From contig NW_019217904.1 of the NCBI RefSeq assembly GCF_002571385.2, positions 530,944 to 584,471 of the forward strand: 53,528 nucleotides of DNA, in the 5' to 3' direction. Positions 22,467-34,631 of this stretch are shown here, piece after piece (position 1 is the stretch's first letter; each line of letters opens with the position of its first letter). Made by a program: the position numbers and the translations under genes. The DNA is from Stylophora pistillata. Taxonomy: Eukaryota. The notes beneath the pieces were generated by a model that saw nothing but the letters and a program-made list of their open reading frames with translations, ran no database searches and had not been told where the DNA came from.

Positions 22467-25400
22467 ATGCCAAAATCCTTCCTTGTGAAAAAACCCTCTC
22501 GCACCAAGAGGAAGCTAGCCGAGGAGATACACCAGGGTAGGTACCCGTACTGTTATACCAACACACCAGGATCTACTTGGCTTCTCAAGATTAAAGGTCA
22601 ATCATGTTTTTAAGCTAAGAAACTCTAAGCCTTTCCATTAATAGGGCTTTTGCTTGTGCAGGATCATTTCTAGTGCAATTTTGTCCATTTTTAAAACATT
22701 TTCTTCGAATTGTTTTAATTTTCTGTTGAGGCGTAAGTCTGCGGTTCGCTGGGTCAGCGCAAGTCACGCGTACTAAAAAAGATCTAGTATATCTGAATAA
22801 AAGGTAAAATTGTTTTTCTGATCAATCGCTTTCTTTTAAATCAGTTTCTCGGCCAAAAAGAAGAATCTTTTCTTTCGCGATTTAGGCTTCGGAGCGCTCA
22901 AATTTCCTTGATTTCCAAGCGCTGATTACTTCAGTGACAGAGTATGCAAAAGTAGTGAAATCACAGCCGGGTGTAAATAATTCAACTTTGCGTTTAGATT
23001 TCTAAAACTCTTTAAAACGAAGTTCTTTGAGTAACATAACTTTATTGACTCATTTTGCAGAAAGATTTCTCTTTTGTCTGTCAGAAAATGAAGTGTTATC
23101 CGACATTGCCGAGGAAGGAGAGAAAGAGACAAATCCAGGCCCAGCAGGCACCGGTAAGTGTTGGTAAACGTTGTTGACACGACCACCTGTAAAGCCCTGG
23201 ACTTCAGTTAGGCAATTAGGAAAAATCTTTACGGTCGGAAAATCACAAGTAATCCAAACTAAAGTTCCTAGCCTCCAGATTTTTGACACGATTCTAGTCA
23301 GTAAACTTGTCCAAACTAATTGAAGCCGACCAAAATGCTAAACTTTGAATAAAAATTGACTCTCGTTGAGGCAATGAGGGTTCTTTCTGGGGGGATTCGA
23401 GCATAATGTTAGGCTAAGCACACTTTGTTCAAAGGACTTAGATAGAGAAATAAAATATTGTAGGATAGAGATTAAGTGCGAGGATAATCCAATTTTTTAA
23501 CACATTATCTTCTGAAACAAAACCTTTCATTACGCAGCAACAAATGTTTGGATTTTTCCAATATTGGGTGAAGTGATCAAGGTTATACTATCAAATGGTG
23601 ATCACAGAGCGAGTTTTGTTCTCTTATTATCTTCGCCAAGTGAAAGATCGAATTAATTGAAATTATTAAAAGGCTCACATTAGAACCTTGAAATTTTCAC
23701 AAATATCGTTTGTCTATAATTTTTTTTAAAAAAAGGTTCTATGTAGCTCGAAAGTTAATTGTGTTATTCGAAGCAGTAAAATTAAGCCCGCATCACGTCA
23801 TCACACGCTCAAACACTCCAAGAGGAAAGAATTGAGGTAAGACAGCTAATGGTGTCATATGATAAATTCGATCCACTTCCAAAAAAAAAATGCAAAGAAA
23901 CCAACCAACATTAGTGTGCGGTTTTCTATTTTAAAATTTCTCAAGCCATCAGATTCCACTTAAGATTTCCATGAGATACAGACTCGACTTTTTCTGGTGG
24001 ACATTTATCCAGAAGCCTTTAGATCGAGTTGACCCGGTTTAGCTTTTGAATCATTCAGGTTCTGGGTTAGCAGGTTTAGCTAGTGAAAAACAAATCTTTT
24101 TATAGAAATCAAACGACTTTTCAGCTAAAATTTTGCAAGAGGCAGCTCTGTAGTCGAATTTGCGATTAGGGCAAAGGTACAAAACATAAGACTCACAAAG
24201 TTATAAGGATCGTGTGGCTTCGTTGTCGAAAGTATTTTCAATTGAAGATTAAACTTCATTGGGACAAAACGCAGTTTTATTGGCTTTAATCACTGAGATA
24301 CTTTAAAAGGAGGACAGGTCATGGAAAGGCAGAACACGTGTAAGAGCTCTCTCTTGCTATTATTTCGATATACTTTTTTCCAATAAAGAGGGTAAGTTTC
24401 CAAAGAATCTGTTCTGTTGCGTCGCTGGAAGGTAGTATAAGATAATATGGTGTTATCAGCTAAATTGATTGTAAATTGGCCATCGTAAAGAGTTTCTAAG
24501 GAAGGGCGAATGTAGGAATTGTGGGTTGTTTGAGTCAATATTTATTCAATAGTTTTTAGTTCAATAGTTTAATTATTTTTTTCAGGCGATGTGGCCATTC
24601 AGTGTAATCTGGAAGCCAACGCAAACTCTCACGCTCCACGCACCAATCATGGGAGGAATCAGCCGATGCCTTTTACCGCGCTTGACACGCGCGGATTACA
24701 CACGCTTGCGGAGCTGTGCTTACGGCGGGCGGATTACGAGTTTTGTACCCAGAACGTTACTGTAGACCACGGGAAGACCAATGATGGTGACATGCGTGAG
24801 ACGGAACTGAGTAAAAGTGAGACTTTTAAGGATCCTCGTAAAGTGCATGACGCGAAGTTTAAACGGCGTGAAAGCGACAGTTTAACAAGTTTAAAAAGAG
24901 AACAGGTCAATGTTGAAGAAAATGAAACAGCCGAGGAAAAGTGCGAAGATCTAAAGGAGAGAAAAAGCAAAGCTATGAGACGGTCCATGAATCCCGTGAA
25001 TGAAAACAAATCAACGAGACTTCATAAACTCGAGGAGGAGCTAGAAAAGATGTTACAGTGAGTTCTTTTGAAAAGACTTCTTTCTCTTTCACCCGAGAGC
25101 CATTTTTTCATCCCTGTGCGAGTGGACAAATAAAATATGTTTTGTCGATTATTTTTGTCATGCATCTGACACCAAGTGTACTAGTCTTTGACCAAACCCT
25201 CATCAGTTTAATCGTTTGCGGTTTGATTATTTTTACAATTTGCGTTAGTATTCATACAAATACTTTGTTTTAGGACGTACTGAATACGTCCTTATGGCAT
25301 ATGAGTAATCTGGTACAGGACTTACTCAGTATGTCCATAACGAAATGAAGGGGTTAATGTTACCTCCTCTAGCGTTAAACCGTTATGATAAATTCAACCC

Positions 25401-26780
25401 ACCTTTTCTAGATACGACAAAAAAAACATCTTCAATTCATCAAAATTTTTATTAGCCTTGTAAAGAAAAGTAAGCTATCTTATGAATATGAACTTTACTA
25501 TCTCTAAATCTAGGTCTATCTTTGGGTTTGAATTTTTGAACTGTTCCAGTTATTATGTTATATTTATATATGTAAATTGGTTGATAATCACTGCACCCAT
25601 AACTGCTCTCAGGAGTCAGCATACTCAGCCAATTAATTATGTCACGTTTAGGGGAAAAGAAGAAATCACTGGGCGAGAAATCAGAGATTTTATGGAAAAC
25701 AACAAAGCTCTGGAAAAAGAATTGATTGAGGAGACTGGCGTGTCTCAGATAGAGATCACAAAATACATGCAAGAAAGCGTTCACCTGAAAGAAGACAAAC
25801 GGACAAAATTGTTCAGGTGGTACCTTGAGAAAAAGCTTAGCAGAATGGAATCAGGTCAGTGCAGCAAAACATGGTGCAGACTAAAATTTTACGGGCTATG
25901 GATAATGTAAAACCAGTAATAATCAACCCCTGTATTGTATTGTATTGTTCACGTTATTTCTTTAAATCTTACGATTGATGATTCTCTCCTCTTGATTTCA
26001 AGATGACGAGAGTTATACGTGCTATAAATGCGGTAAGATCTTTGCATACGAGAGTTATCTGGAGCGCCATGTTAAGTACGTTTGTCCTGACAAGACTGGT
26101 CGCACATGGAAGTGTTCCTACTGCAGTAAAGCATTTCAGTACCCTTGTTATCTGAGGAGGCATATGAGATCACACACAGGTAAATACTATGTACTTACTC
26201 ACCGAGTGGGAGGGCCGGAAGGGAAATATTTGGCTCGAGAACCGACGTACAGACCGAGGGCAGCGACAGCCTTACATTTTCCCTTTTTATCATATGCCCA
26301 TACCTCTTACCTTGTCTTCCTTTTCTTCTTCAACTCGCATCTCGTGGGACCGCGCGCCTTTTCCCATCGCTTACGGCCCTCAACTGAAACGGGGATTTTT
26401 GCATAGCGTTTTGGAACTAACAATGACAATAACATTGCTCCTGAAATGTTCAAAGAATATTTTGTCAAGTTATCACATAATCATTGTTCACACCGAATCT
26501 GCTAAGAAAGGGTGCTTTTATTCTGGGGCACAAGCTTCCAATAATTTACCACCAAACCTGAAAGAACTTGAATCCCTAAAACGAAGCTTAAGGATTTTCT
26601 ATGTAATTAACTTTTAACTTTACTTTTGATACTTCTTCTATGTATATACTTTCCTATAGTTCTTATCTTATTGTGTATATTTTAATAGTTTTTAGGACTT
26701 TTATTATTCTTTGCTATTTTATGTTTCTCAGGGCACCTATGGATAACAGCTTCTGCTGACGGGTTTACCCTGGTTAAATA

Positions 26781-26834
<54 letters not shown>

Positions 26835-27227
26835 TATTACTATTACTATTATTATTATTATGATACGCAAACACTCTTTGGTCTCGATAAAATACGTCTT
26901 GACTGTTGCCTTTGCATTGTAGGCGAGAGTCCTTACAAGTGCACGCAGTGTTCGCGAGCATTTGTTCGTTCTACAGACCTTCAAAGACATTTGCGAAATC
27001 ACACCGGTGAAAAGCCCTATAAATGCCAAGAGTGCTCGAGAGCATTCGCACGCTCCACGGATCTAAAGCGACACATGCGCACTCACACAGGAGAGAAACC
27101 CTACAAATGCTGGCAATGTTCCAAAGCGTTCTCTCAGTCTGGAAGTTTGCAGACTCATTTACACACGCATTATAAAGAGTCTTTGCAAATGAAGGGAGTC
27201 ATACCAGACAAAACAAAAAGAACTTAA
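22467..27227 (+). CDS. SNAG-domain zinc-finger transcription factor with an HNF1/HMBOX1-type POU-specific-like domain, about 444 aa
   Basis: Exons 22467-22536, 23085 (or 23061)-23153, 24586-25057, 25613-25854, 26003-26179 and 26923-27227 total 1335 nt, phases 1-1-2-1-1. The N-terminus is MPKSFLVKK (SNAG). There is one C2HC and four C2H2 fingers with HTGEKPY/HTGESPY linkers. Confidence 0.88.
26420..26860 (+). mobile_element. 3' fragment of a CR1/L2-like LINE ending in an (ATT)n microsatellite tail
   Basis: Degenerate RT C-terminus ([21 protein letters not shown]), then a 3'-UTR ending GGTTTACCCTGGTTAAATATG and about 25 ATT units (about 26783-26860). Confidence 0.7.
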
Positions 27228-28788
27228 CAACTGACGCAGGAGCTCCAACATTACGACAAAAGGCGTTGCGATTTTGTTGGCGGGAGCGGAAATTAGAGTG
27301 TTGGCAAGCATAACAACATCAGTTGCATAAGACCAAAATATCAGACTTGTCGGGCAACAAGCGTGATATTACCCAATAAGTGCGCTTCTTCATTTGAAGG
27401 ATCCATGTTGAAGCTATCGATATATTTTCTCTCCATCAGAAAGATAAATTTTTTTTTCACTTCGTCTGAGTCACATTTTGCGAACGAATACATGCTTGCT
27501 GAATCGCTTCTGGAAGCCAATCCAAGTGTCTTCAAGTTTGATAAAGATTTTCTTGTGTTTTAAACGCTGGACGAGCTTTACCTGAAACCGAAACTGCCGA
27601 CTTTAAACCGTATTTGGTTTTACAGAGGTTCACACTCCCAAATAGATCATTGCACATCATCAACGATGCATTTGTGCTCTAATAAGCAAAGATTCAACAC
27701 TTGGTAAATTCAATTTTCTGCAAGAAATTTAGTGCCACCACAAAGCATTATAGGGCTGGGCTTAAATGGCAAGGATGACGTTACACCGAAATTTGGGGAT
27801 TTTTGGGATTTATTGCAGAGGAAATTACTCTCGGGTAATTTCTGTTTCTATTTGCTTTTTTTACGTTGCTTTTTTACTCGTTACATCGCCCAAGATGGAC
27901 GCTAATAACACAGAAAAACATAAGGCTTAAAGAGAAAAGAAAAGAAAAGAAAAGCACATGTATATTTTCGGAAACTTTTGCTAGGATAAAATATTTAGTT
28001 TTGTGTATACTTTTGCTCGGGAAAACTATTTTTATTTTCTTTGCTTAACTTTTTGAGAAAGTAGAGGATCTACTTGCATAGCTCTCGAAAAGGCTTTTAC
28101 CAAAATTTATAGTGTTGATCCGATATTTGTCACACGGAGTATGCAATGTAAAAGGAACATCAACAACAGCTTCGCATAAACATCCATCATCACATTCGGT
28201 AGAGAAAATGGACAACACATCATAAATACAGGTCACAGATAGTTAAGCCACAGTCTTCAAGATGGTTGTAAAAGAACGAAAGCTAGGCTGTTTGGAAATG
28301 AAACACTCAAAAGATCTCTTTACACGACCATAGAATTCCGACATGATCATTATCACTTGACTCGTTGCATTGGCAATTTTTTCAACAGCCACCCGAAATC
28401 CCCGATTTTGCCAGTCGCACCCTTGAAGAAACGTGATTTGGTGTATAGGTTTTACCAGAGACTTTCCATATGAATATACATCCAAAATTCTCGCCAGCTT
28501 TCTTTGGGACGCCCTTTCAGTTTGCACAGTTAAGGCAAGTTAGGGATCAATTTCGTTCTCTGAGAAACCGCACACCCCTCCCCTAAGGTTGGGTTAATGT
28601 TGGGCAGGGGAGGGGAAGGGTAGGTGCGCAGTTGCTCAGTACTGACGAAGCTTCAGTCCTACATTTTACTTATTGTCTGTTTTCCTCTATTCGTTTCTAT
28701 TCACATGAAGGATTATGTGCGAAATTCTTTCTTTGCAGCAAAGTCCCAAATAATTTTGTCGACTGTTGTAGATAGCTTCACTACCTTT

Positions 28789-28960
28789 AGGCCATTTCCA
28801 AATTACCTTTGACCTCTTTTTCAAAACGAGTCCTGGTGCTCAACCATTCTTGTGAAAATGAGTTTAATTTGCATGTGAATGATAACTTATAATGATTTGA
28901 AAGAATGAGCACCAGGACTCGTTTTGAAAAAGAGGCTATAGGTAATTCGGAATTGGGCTA
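28789..28960. mobile_element. Palindromic MITE
   Basis: Inverted arms AATTACCT..GACCTCTTTTTCAAAACGAGTCCTGGTGCTCA / TGAGCACCAGGACTCGTTTTGAAAAAGAGG....AGGTAATT. Confidence 0.75.
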
Positions 28961-30964
28961 TTCAATTGATTTATTTTGTAACTTCCCTGTATATATGTTC
29001 CGAGAAAGAAATCACTTTCTTTCTCGTATCATAATCTCTTTAATTGAGTTATACTTTTGCTATACAGCTTTTATCAATAGCTGATGTATATAGAGTACTG
29101 TAGGTTATTCAAGCTTCAATTTTAATGTTCTGTGATTGTCGATTTTAATTCTAGTTTTCAATTTATAATCATAATAATCAATGTCTTCTTATTTTTAACG
29201 GTAAAAATAAGACAATATTTGTTAGTCCTTATGGAAGTGTCAAGTTTGTTACTGCCTTCTTTGACAAAGCCAATTAATTTTTGCGATCAGTTTGATTTCT
29301 GTCGTATTAAATAAAGCTGGCTACTTTACAAAATTTTTTTTCAATGAAAATTGATTCCAAACATATTTTTTTCAAAAGTAAATATCCCAGCAGTTTACTT
29401 CTCTTTTTCATTAAAAGAAAAGACTGTTTTACCCATTTACCCATGTTTCTGTCTACCCTTTTACTATTTAATATTGTAAACGTTTATCATCATATATAGC
29501 AGATATTAGCTTCTAAGATAATAATTTCAATATCCTACGCAATCTAGTTTCCAGGGTCTCTATTCTTTCCTCCCGCAGAACCACGCGGGCATGTAGAAGG
29601 GAGACATGGAAACAAAGTTGTATTCCGGATTTCACCAGGGTACAGTGTACGTATGTTCATTAAAAAAATTATTTTAAGACGAGCTGGTCTCAATTTCATT
29701 CAATAAAAGCAAGATCTTGAGAACGACTGCAGCGACTTGTGACTGTAGTATCCTATCCTGTTGAGCGAGGAAATAATAAGAGAGGGGCCGGGGAGGAGGT
29801 TTTGGACTCGTTTCCACTCTCTCCCGTATTGATTCCACAACTATTAACTTCCCCCCTCTCTTGACAAATCTTACCCTACATTGCAAGTGGCCGCTTAGAC
29901 CACACCTTGGCCAAACGTGCATCAGGAAAACTTTCGTCCAGGATTAATTAAAAATTATCGGGTTCAATTTCGTGTAAAGATAGAAACTTTTTAAAGAAAT
30001 AATGACCAGTTTGTAGACCCCAAAAGAACCTCTTTCCCGCAGAAAACAGACAAACTGAATAATCAGTCGAAATCAAATGTCTTCGTACCATGGACAAAGA
30101 AAAACTGCACTTGCTAGGGAGGTGTGGTCGTGCACGAGCTGAAGCAGGTGTTAGCTCTTCTTTGTGGCTGATTGCCATGGTGACAGAAAAATTGCGCCAA
30201 ACTTGAGTATCATTTTCGGCACCACCTGAAAGAAAATAATTTCCGACTAACCGGGGGGGTCAACAATTGGAAAGCAAACCCGCTTAAAACATCACCGCAG
30301 GTAACTGTTGGAAAAGTAAGTATGACGAACAAGGCCGCAAAAATAACGTTAGGTTACCTTTTCCAAGAATGCTTTCCGCAAGGTTTTCCAGGTGCACTGA
30401 AATCATCACAAGTTTGGGTGCCGTTTGGAATGATTAGCCTTTTGCCTCCTATTCTTCATCATAATTCATTTTGAAAGTAGAATTCGGTCAGTCAAAAAGT
30501 CAACTCCAGGAATATTCCACTCTTAAAAGGACTGTTAAAACCTGAATGGGATGTCTGAGATACGCGCATTGTATGTCCTGATTGCATCGCTATTTCTCGC
30601 AATGAGGGCTGAAACATATTAACCCGCAGGGTTTAGTTGGTGCGTATTTTTCTTAATTAATTTTCCGCAGGTATACTGCCGCGCACGTGTTTTTTAAGGC
30701 TGCTATTTTACCTGTTTCAGAGCAGGTGGCCTCAGTCACTGTGACCCCCTCCCGGCAAACAACACTTTGACACTACTAACACTTGACTTTGCTATCTGCT
30801 TTTCTATAGACTTCTATGTGTTATTATTTCTTCAGAGTTCTTCGCTACTAAATACATCCCCTTCTAATTAAACACGATTCGTTTTGCCTTCTTCGGGCGA
30901 AAAAAAAACCGAACATTCGAAACATCAGCATCGACCGAACGAACGGCTCTCGATCCATTACGAG

Positions 30965-33900
30965 ATGTCCATTACGAGAGGTGAGCGTTGAAAGAAATCT
31001 TTCAATCAAAATGAGTTATTTGAGAATTTAAGTAGTTAATGAGGGATCGACGAGCCCGATATCATTAATATTGAAGTTTTAGATTTTAGATATAAAACGG
31101 TGCAATCACAACACATCTTAAAGTCAATTGTGGATATTTGAACTCTTCCTTTCTGCTGTTTGATCTCCTGACTCTGCTAATTGCAACCGTTTTATGAACA
31201 GCATCTTACAAAAAACTACGACATGCTCTCCGTTTCACAGTCTAGTGGGGGAAGGAAATGTACCTTATTACTTATTATAGTTTGATCTGTCCTAATTCTG
31301 TTATGGTTGCAATCGTTGTATTAACAGTATCTTGCGAAAAATAAGCCATGCTCTCCGTTCGACCGTGTGCAGCGTAAACATAATTACCGGCTCTACTCAA
31401 ACAAAAAATTTGCCAATTTTACAGTAATTTTAGAATGTCTCGTAAACTGGGCGACTAATTGCTTCTTGAAAATGAAATGTAATAGATATGAAAGAAATAC
31501 CATTAGTTGTATGATGGAAACATTTTTCAGGCCGCAGTATTCGCTCTTGAACTAGTGAATACGATTATTAAACCTACGTTTGCTCAAAGCTGAAAGAGCA
31601 AATGTCTCACATAAAATTTCACATTAGTTCAAATACAGCTGATATCGTGCTAATTGCATCGTTGTCACTTTGCTAAGACAAGTTGTCAAACAACCAAGAA
31701 AGCTGTGTCAATATAATAGACTCATTTCCACGACAAAGGTTTAATTTGCTCTTTAAGACACATTCTTCCCGCCATTGTAAGAGAGATCAAAGAGTTGGTT
31801 TTTTCTGAGACACAACTTTAGTATAAAATACGCCAAATGATGTGATTTGTACTTTCTTTCTCTCGCTCATGTCTCCCCGAGGGTTTCTTTTTTTCCTCCT
31901 AATTTCTAGAATAAGGTACACCGTGTGTCAGGTATATCCTTCCAGACCTATTCTGACCTTTTTATGAAGGACTTTTGCGACTGCTTTCCCTAAAACCTTA
32001 GCTGCTGCCTCAGTTTAAGAAATTTACAGACTACAGACGCTTCAAAGAACTTAAAGGTCGCATTTTGGCGAGTGTTAGCGGAAAAACTAAATGGATCCTC
32101 AATCCACCCCCCTTAAATCACATTTAATTCCCCCCCCAAATAAAATCCTCCACCCCCTTCATCCAGGGATTAAATAATGACAGGTCTCTTAGGCAGTATG
32201 GTGTTATTGAAGTATTAAGACTTCAGGCCTCACTCATTAACTAACCTTGTAATAGGTAATAACTTTGATATTCTTGCCGTCAGTTATTCTTCAGGGATGC
32301 GGAGCAGAAACTGTCATTTTCTTCTTATCTGTACTGTCATCAGCCGTCATATCCCCCGTCAGTGGTAAATATTGCGATCACGTGATCACAATGCTCATCG
32401 CTCTTGGAGCTGCTTGTCTCACCGGCGACGCGATCTTTCACCTCTTACCGCACGTAAGTAAAACCAACAACTTAAGGAAATTGTGCTCATTCTGAAAGTG
32501 TTCAGGGGAATAGAGCTTGTTTTTCAAATGAGATTCTTAAAGCCAAAAGAGAAAGATAATAGGGTGGAATTAAAACGATTGAGGGTATCCTCGACAAAAT
32601 AACGTTAGATTGCCTCAAGAGAGGGGAGTGAGCAAGTTGCTATAAGTCTCAGCTTTTCATTTGATTGGTTGAGGGGATGGCACAGAGTGGAGTAAGAAAA
32701 AACACATGCAATTCTTGATTACCTCTGGCATTCAACTTCAGCAGCACTCCAATCTTAAATTCTTTAGGCATTACATCACCACGACGAAGCTGGTACTACG
32801 GAATCTAATCACAGCGTACTTTTATGGCGTTCCTTCTTGGTTGTGTGCAGTATCTATTCCTTCTACCTGTTTCATCTCTTTTTTCAAGTCATGGAGGTAG
32901 GTAGAGCAAAATTGAGGTTGGCATGCTTCTCTGCTCTAGCTCTATTTACGTCATTCACTTTGACTGTCACGCAATCTCGTTTTTAGGGTGGTCACGCTCA
33001 CTCTCATGTCACGTCACCTGATCCACGTGAGGGCAACGGCCTGCTAGAGGCAGAAATGAAAGGCAAGCGTAAGCAGTCTTCGGCCCGAATTAACAAAACT
33101 CTTATAGGAATGATGTTATTGGGTAAAGTACTACACACATCGTGCGATGGATTAGCTATAGGGGCAGCCTTCTCAAAATCGGCAGGGGATGGACTCAGTA
33201 CGACTCTTGCTGTGTTATTTCATGAGATACCGCACGCAATAGGTAAGGAAGTGATCAATACTATATCAATCTTTTATGCTAAACGAGCTCAGCCTCACTA
33301 TAGTTCTCAGTTCCAACGCTTTTTTTTAGGTTTTGCGCCCTTGGGTTGAAAACTCTTGTCTCGCGTGCACGTAGCGAATATACGTAATGGACAAATTGTA
33401 AAGAAGTGACATGTGTGATTTTGTCGAGAACAAAAGAACTTGAAATAATCATAACTTGCATGAAATACCACCCAGATCTGCTCATTATCTCTCTAACCCC
33501 CGACGGTGATGAGCATTTTACTTCTTACAACACCATCATTCCTGAATCGAACATCATGACAATAAAACAAGTTATCGCGAACTTAAGAAGCTCTTGATTG
33601 TTAAACAAATTCTCTTTGTCAGCACCTTAGAAAAAGTATATAGAACAGTATGGAGAATATGTATTCTGATGTTAGGGTGAAAAGGGCTAAGATCATTGTG
33701 ATTTTCCGCAGTAGCCAACGTCAACATGTGACATTGCGCAACTTTGTAACATCCTTTTTCTTGGGTTCTATCTATCTACTAAATTGTCACAAGCGGCAGC
33801 ATTGCCGAAATAAATTTTTTTTGTTTTTCTGATTTCCTCCAGGTACTTTCGCCATCTTTATCTCGTCTGGTCTGTGTATCTGCAGGGCACTGGGTCTGTT

Positions 33901-34631
33901 ATGTTTCTGTTACCTATGCTCATACGCGGGCGTACTTGTAGGAGCGACCCTGAGCACCAGTCCTAATCTAACGCCCTGGATATTTTCCGTTCTAGCAGGA
34001 ATGTTTCTATATGTTGCACTGGCGGAGATGGTGAGTAGTGATAGCATATTCCCTGTTGATGAAATGGAATGACGCAATCTATAATGCCCGCGGTGCTTGC
34101 ATGGCATTGCTCCTATGATGTAACATGATATGATCCCCAAGTCGAGACGCCAATGTCTTAGTGTAAAAAATCCAATTCAAGAAACTGGAACTAGCTTGAA
34201 AAGAACTTTTGCCAATTATGTTTACTTCGCGCCGTCACGAGCCTGGGACAAAGAATATCGCATTCTGAGTCCCCAACCAAGAAGGATCGAACCTCGAACT
34301 TTCGGGGAGACTCTACGGTGGGTCACGCGTTCCTCATACGTGTACTGCCAGATTTGGCAATGTCAAAAGTGTCATGTGCTTAAATAGAATAAGAAAGATC
34401 GTAAATTTTAAGTTTGGTATTGAGATAGAAGAAAATATTTTTGACTTTTGTGCTGCAAAGTCACGATGACAACTCCAATTTCAGGTTCCAGAGATGTTCA
34501 CTAGCATAACATCAAGATCTGATGAACAACGGCAAGTTATATTTCTTCAAAACCTTGGACTTTTGATCGGATTTGCCATTATGATGACACTAGCTGCTTT
34601 TGAAGAAACGATAAGGACATCATTGCAGTAG
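30965..34631 (+). CDS. LIV-1 subfamily ZIP (SLC39) metal transporter, copy 1
   Basis: Secure exons 32284-32453, 32768-32896, 32987-33242, 33843-34030 and 34485-34631 give LIALGAACLTGDAIFHLLPH, HAHSH, LHTSCDGLAIGAAF, AVLFHEIPHAIGTFAI, AGMFLYVALAEMVPEM and LQNLGLLIGF. The start exon 30965-30980 (MSITR) is inferred from phase compatibility only. Confidence 0.85.

Noticed and set aside
26682-27029. Poly-Ile and poly-Asn ORFs
   Set aside because: Translations of the (ATT)n microsatellite, antisense to the zinc-finger gene.
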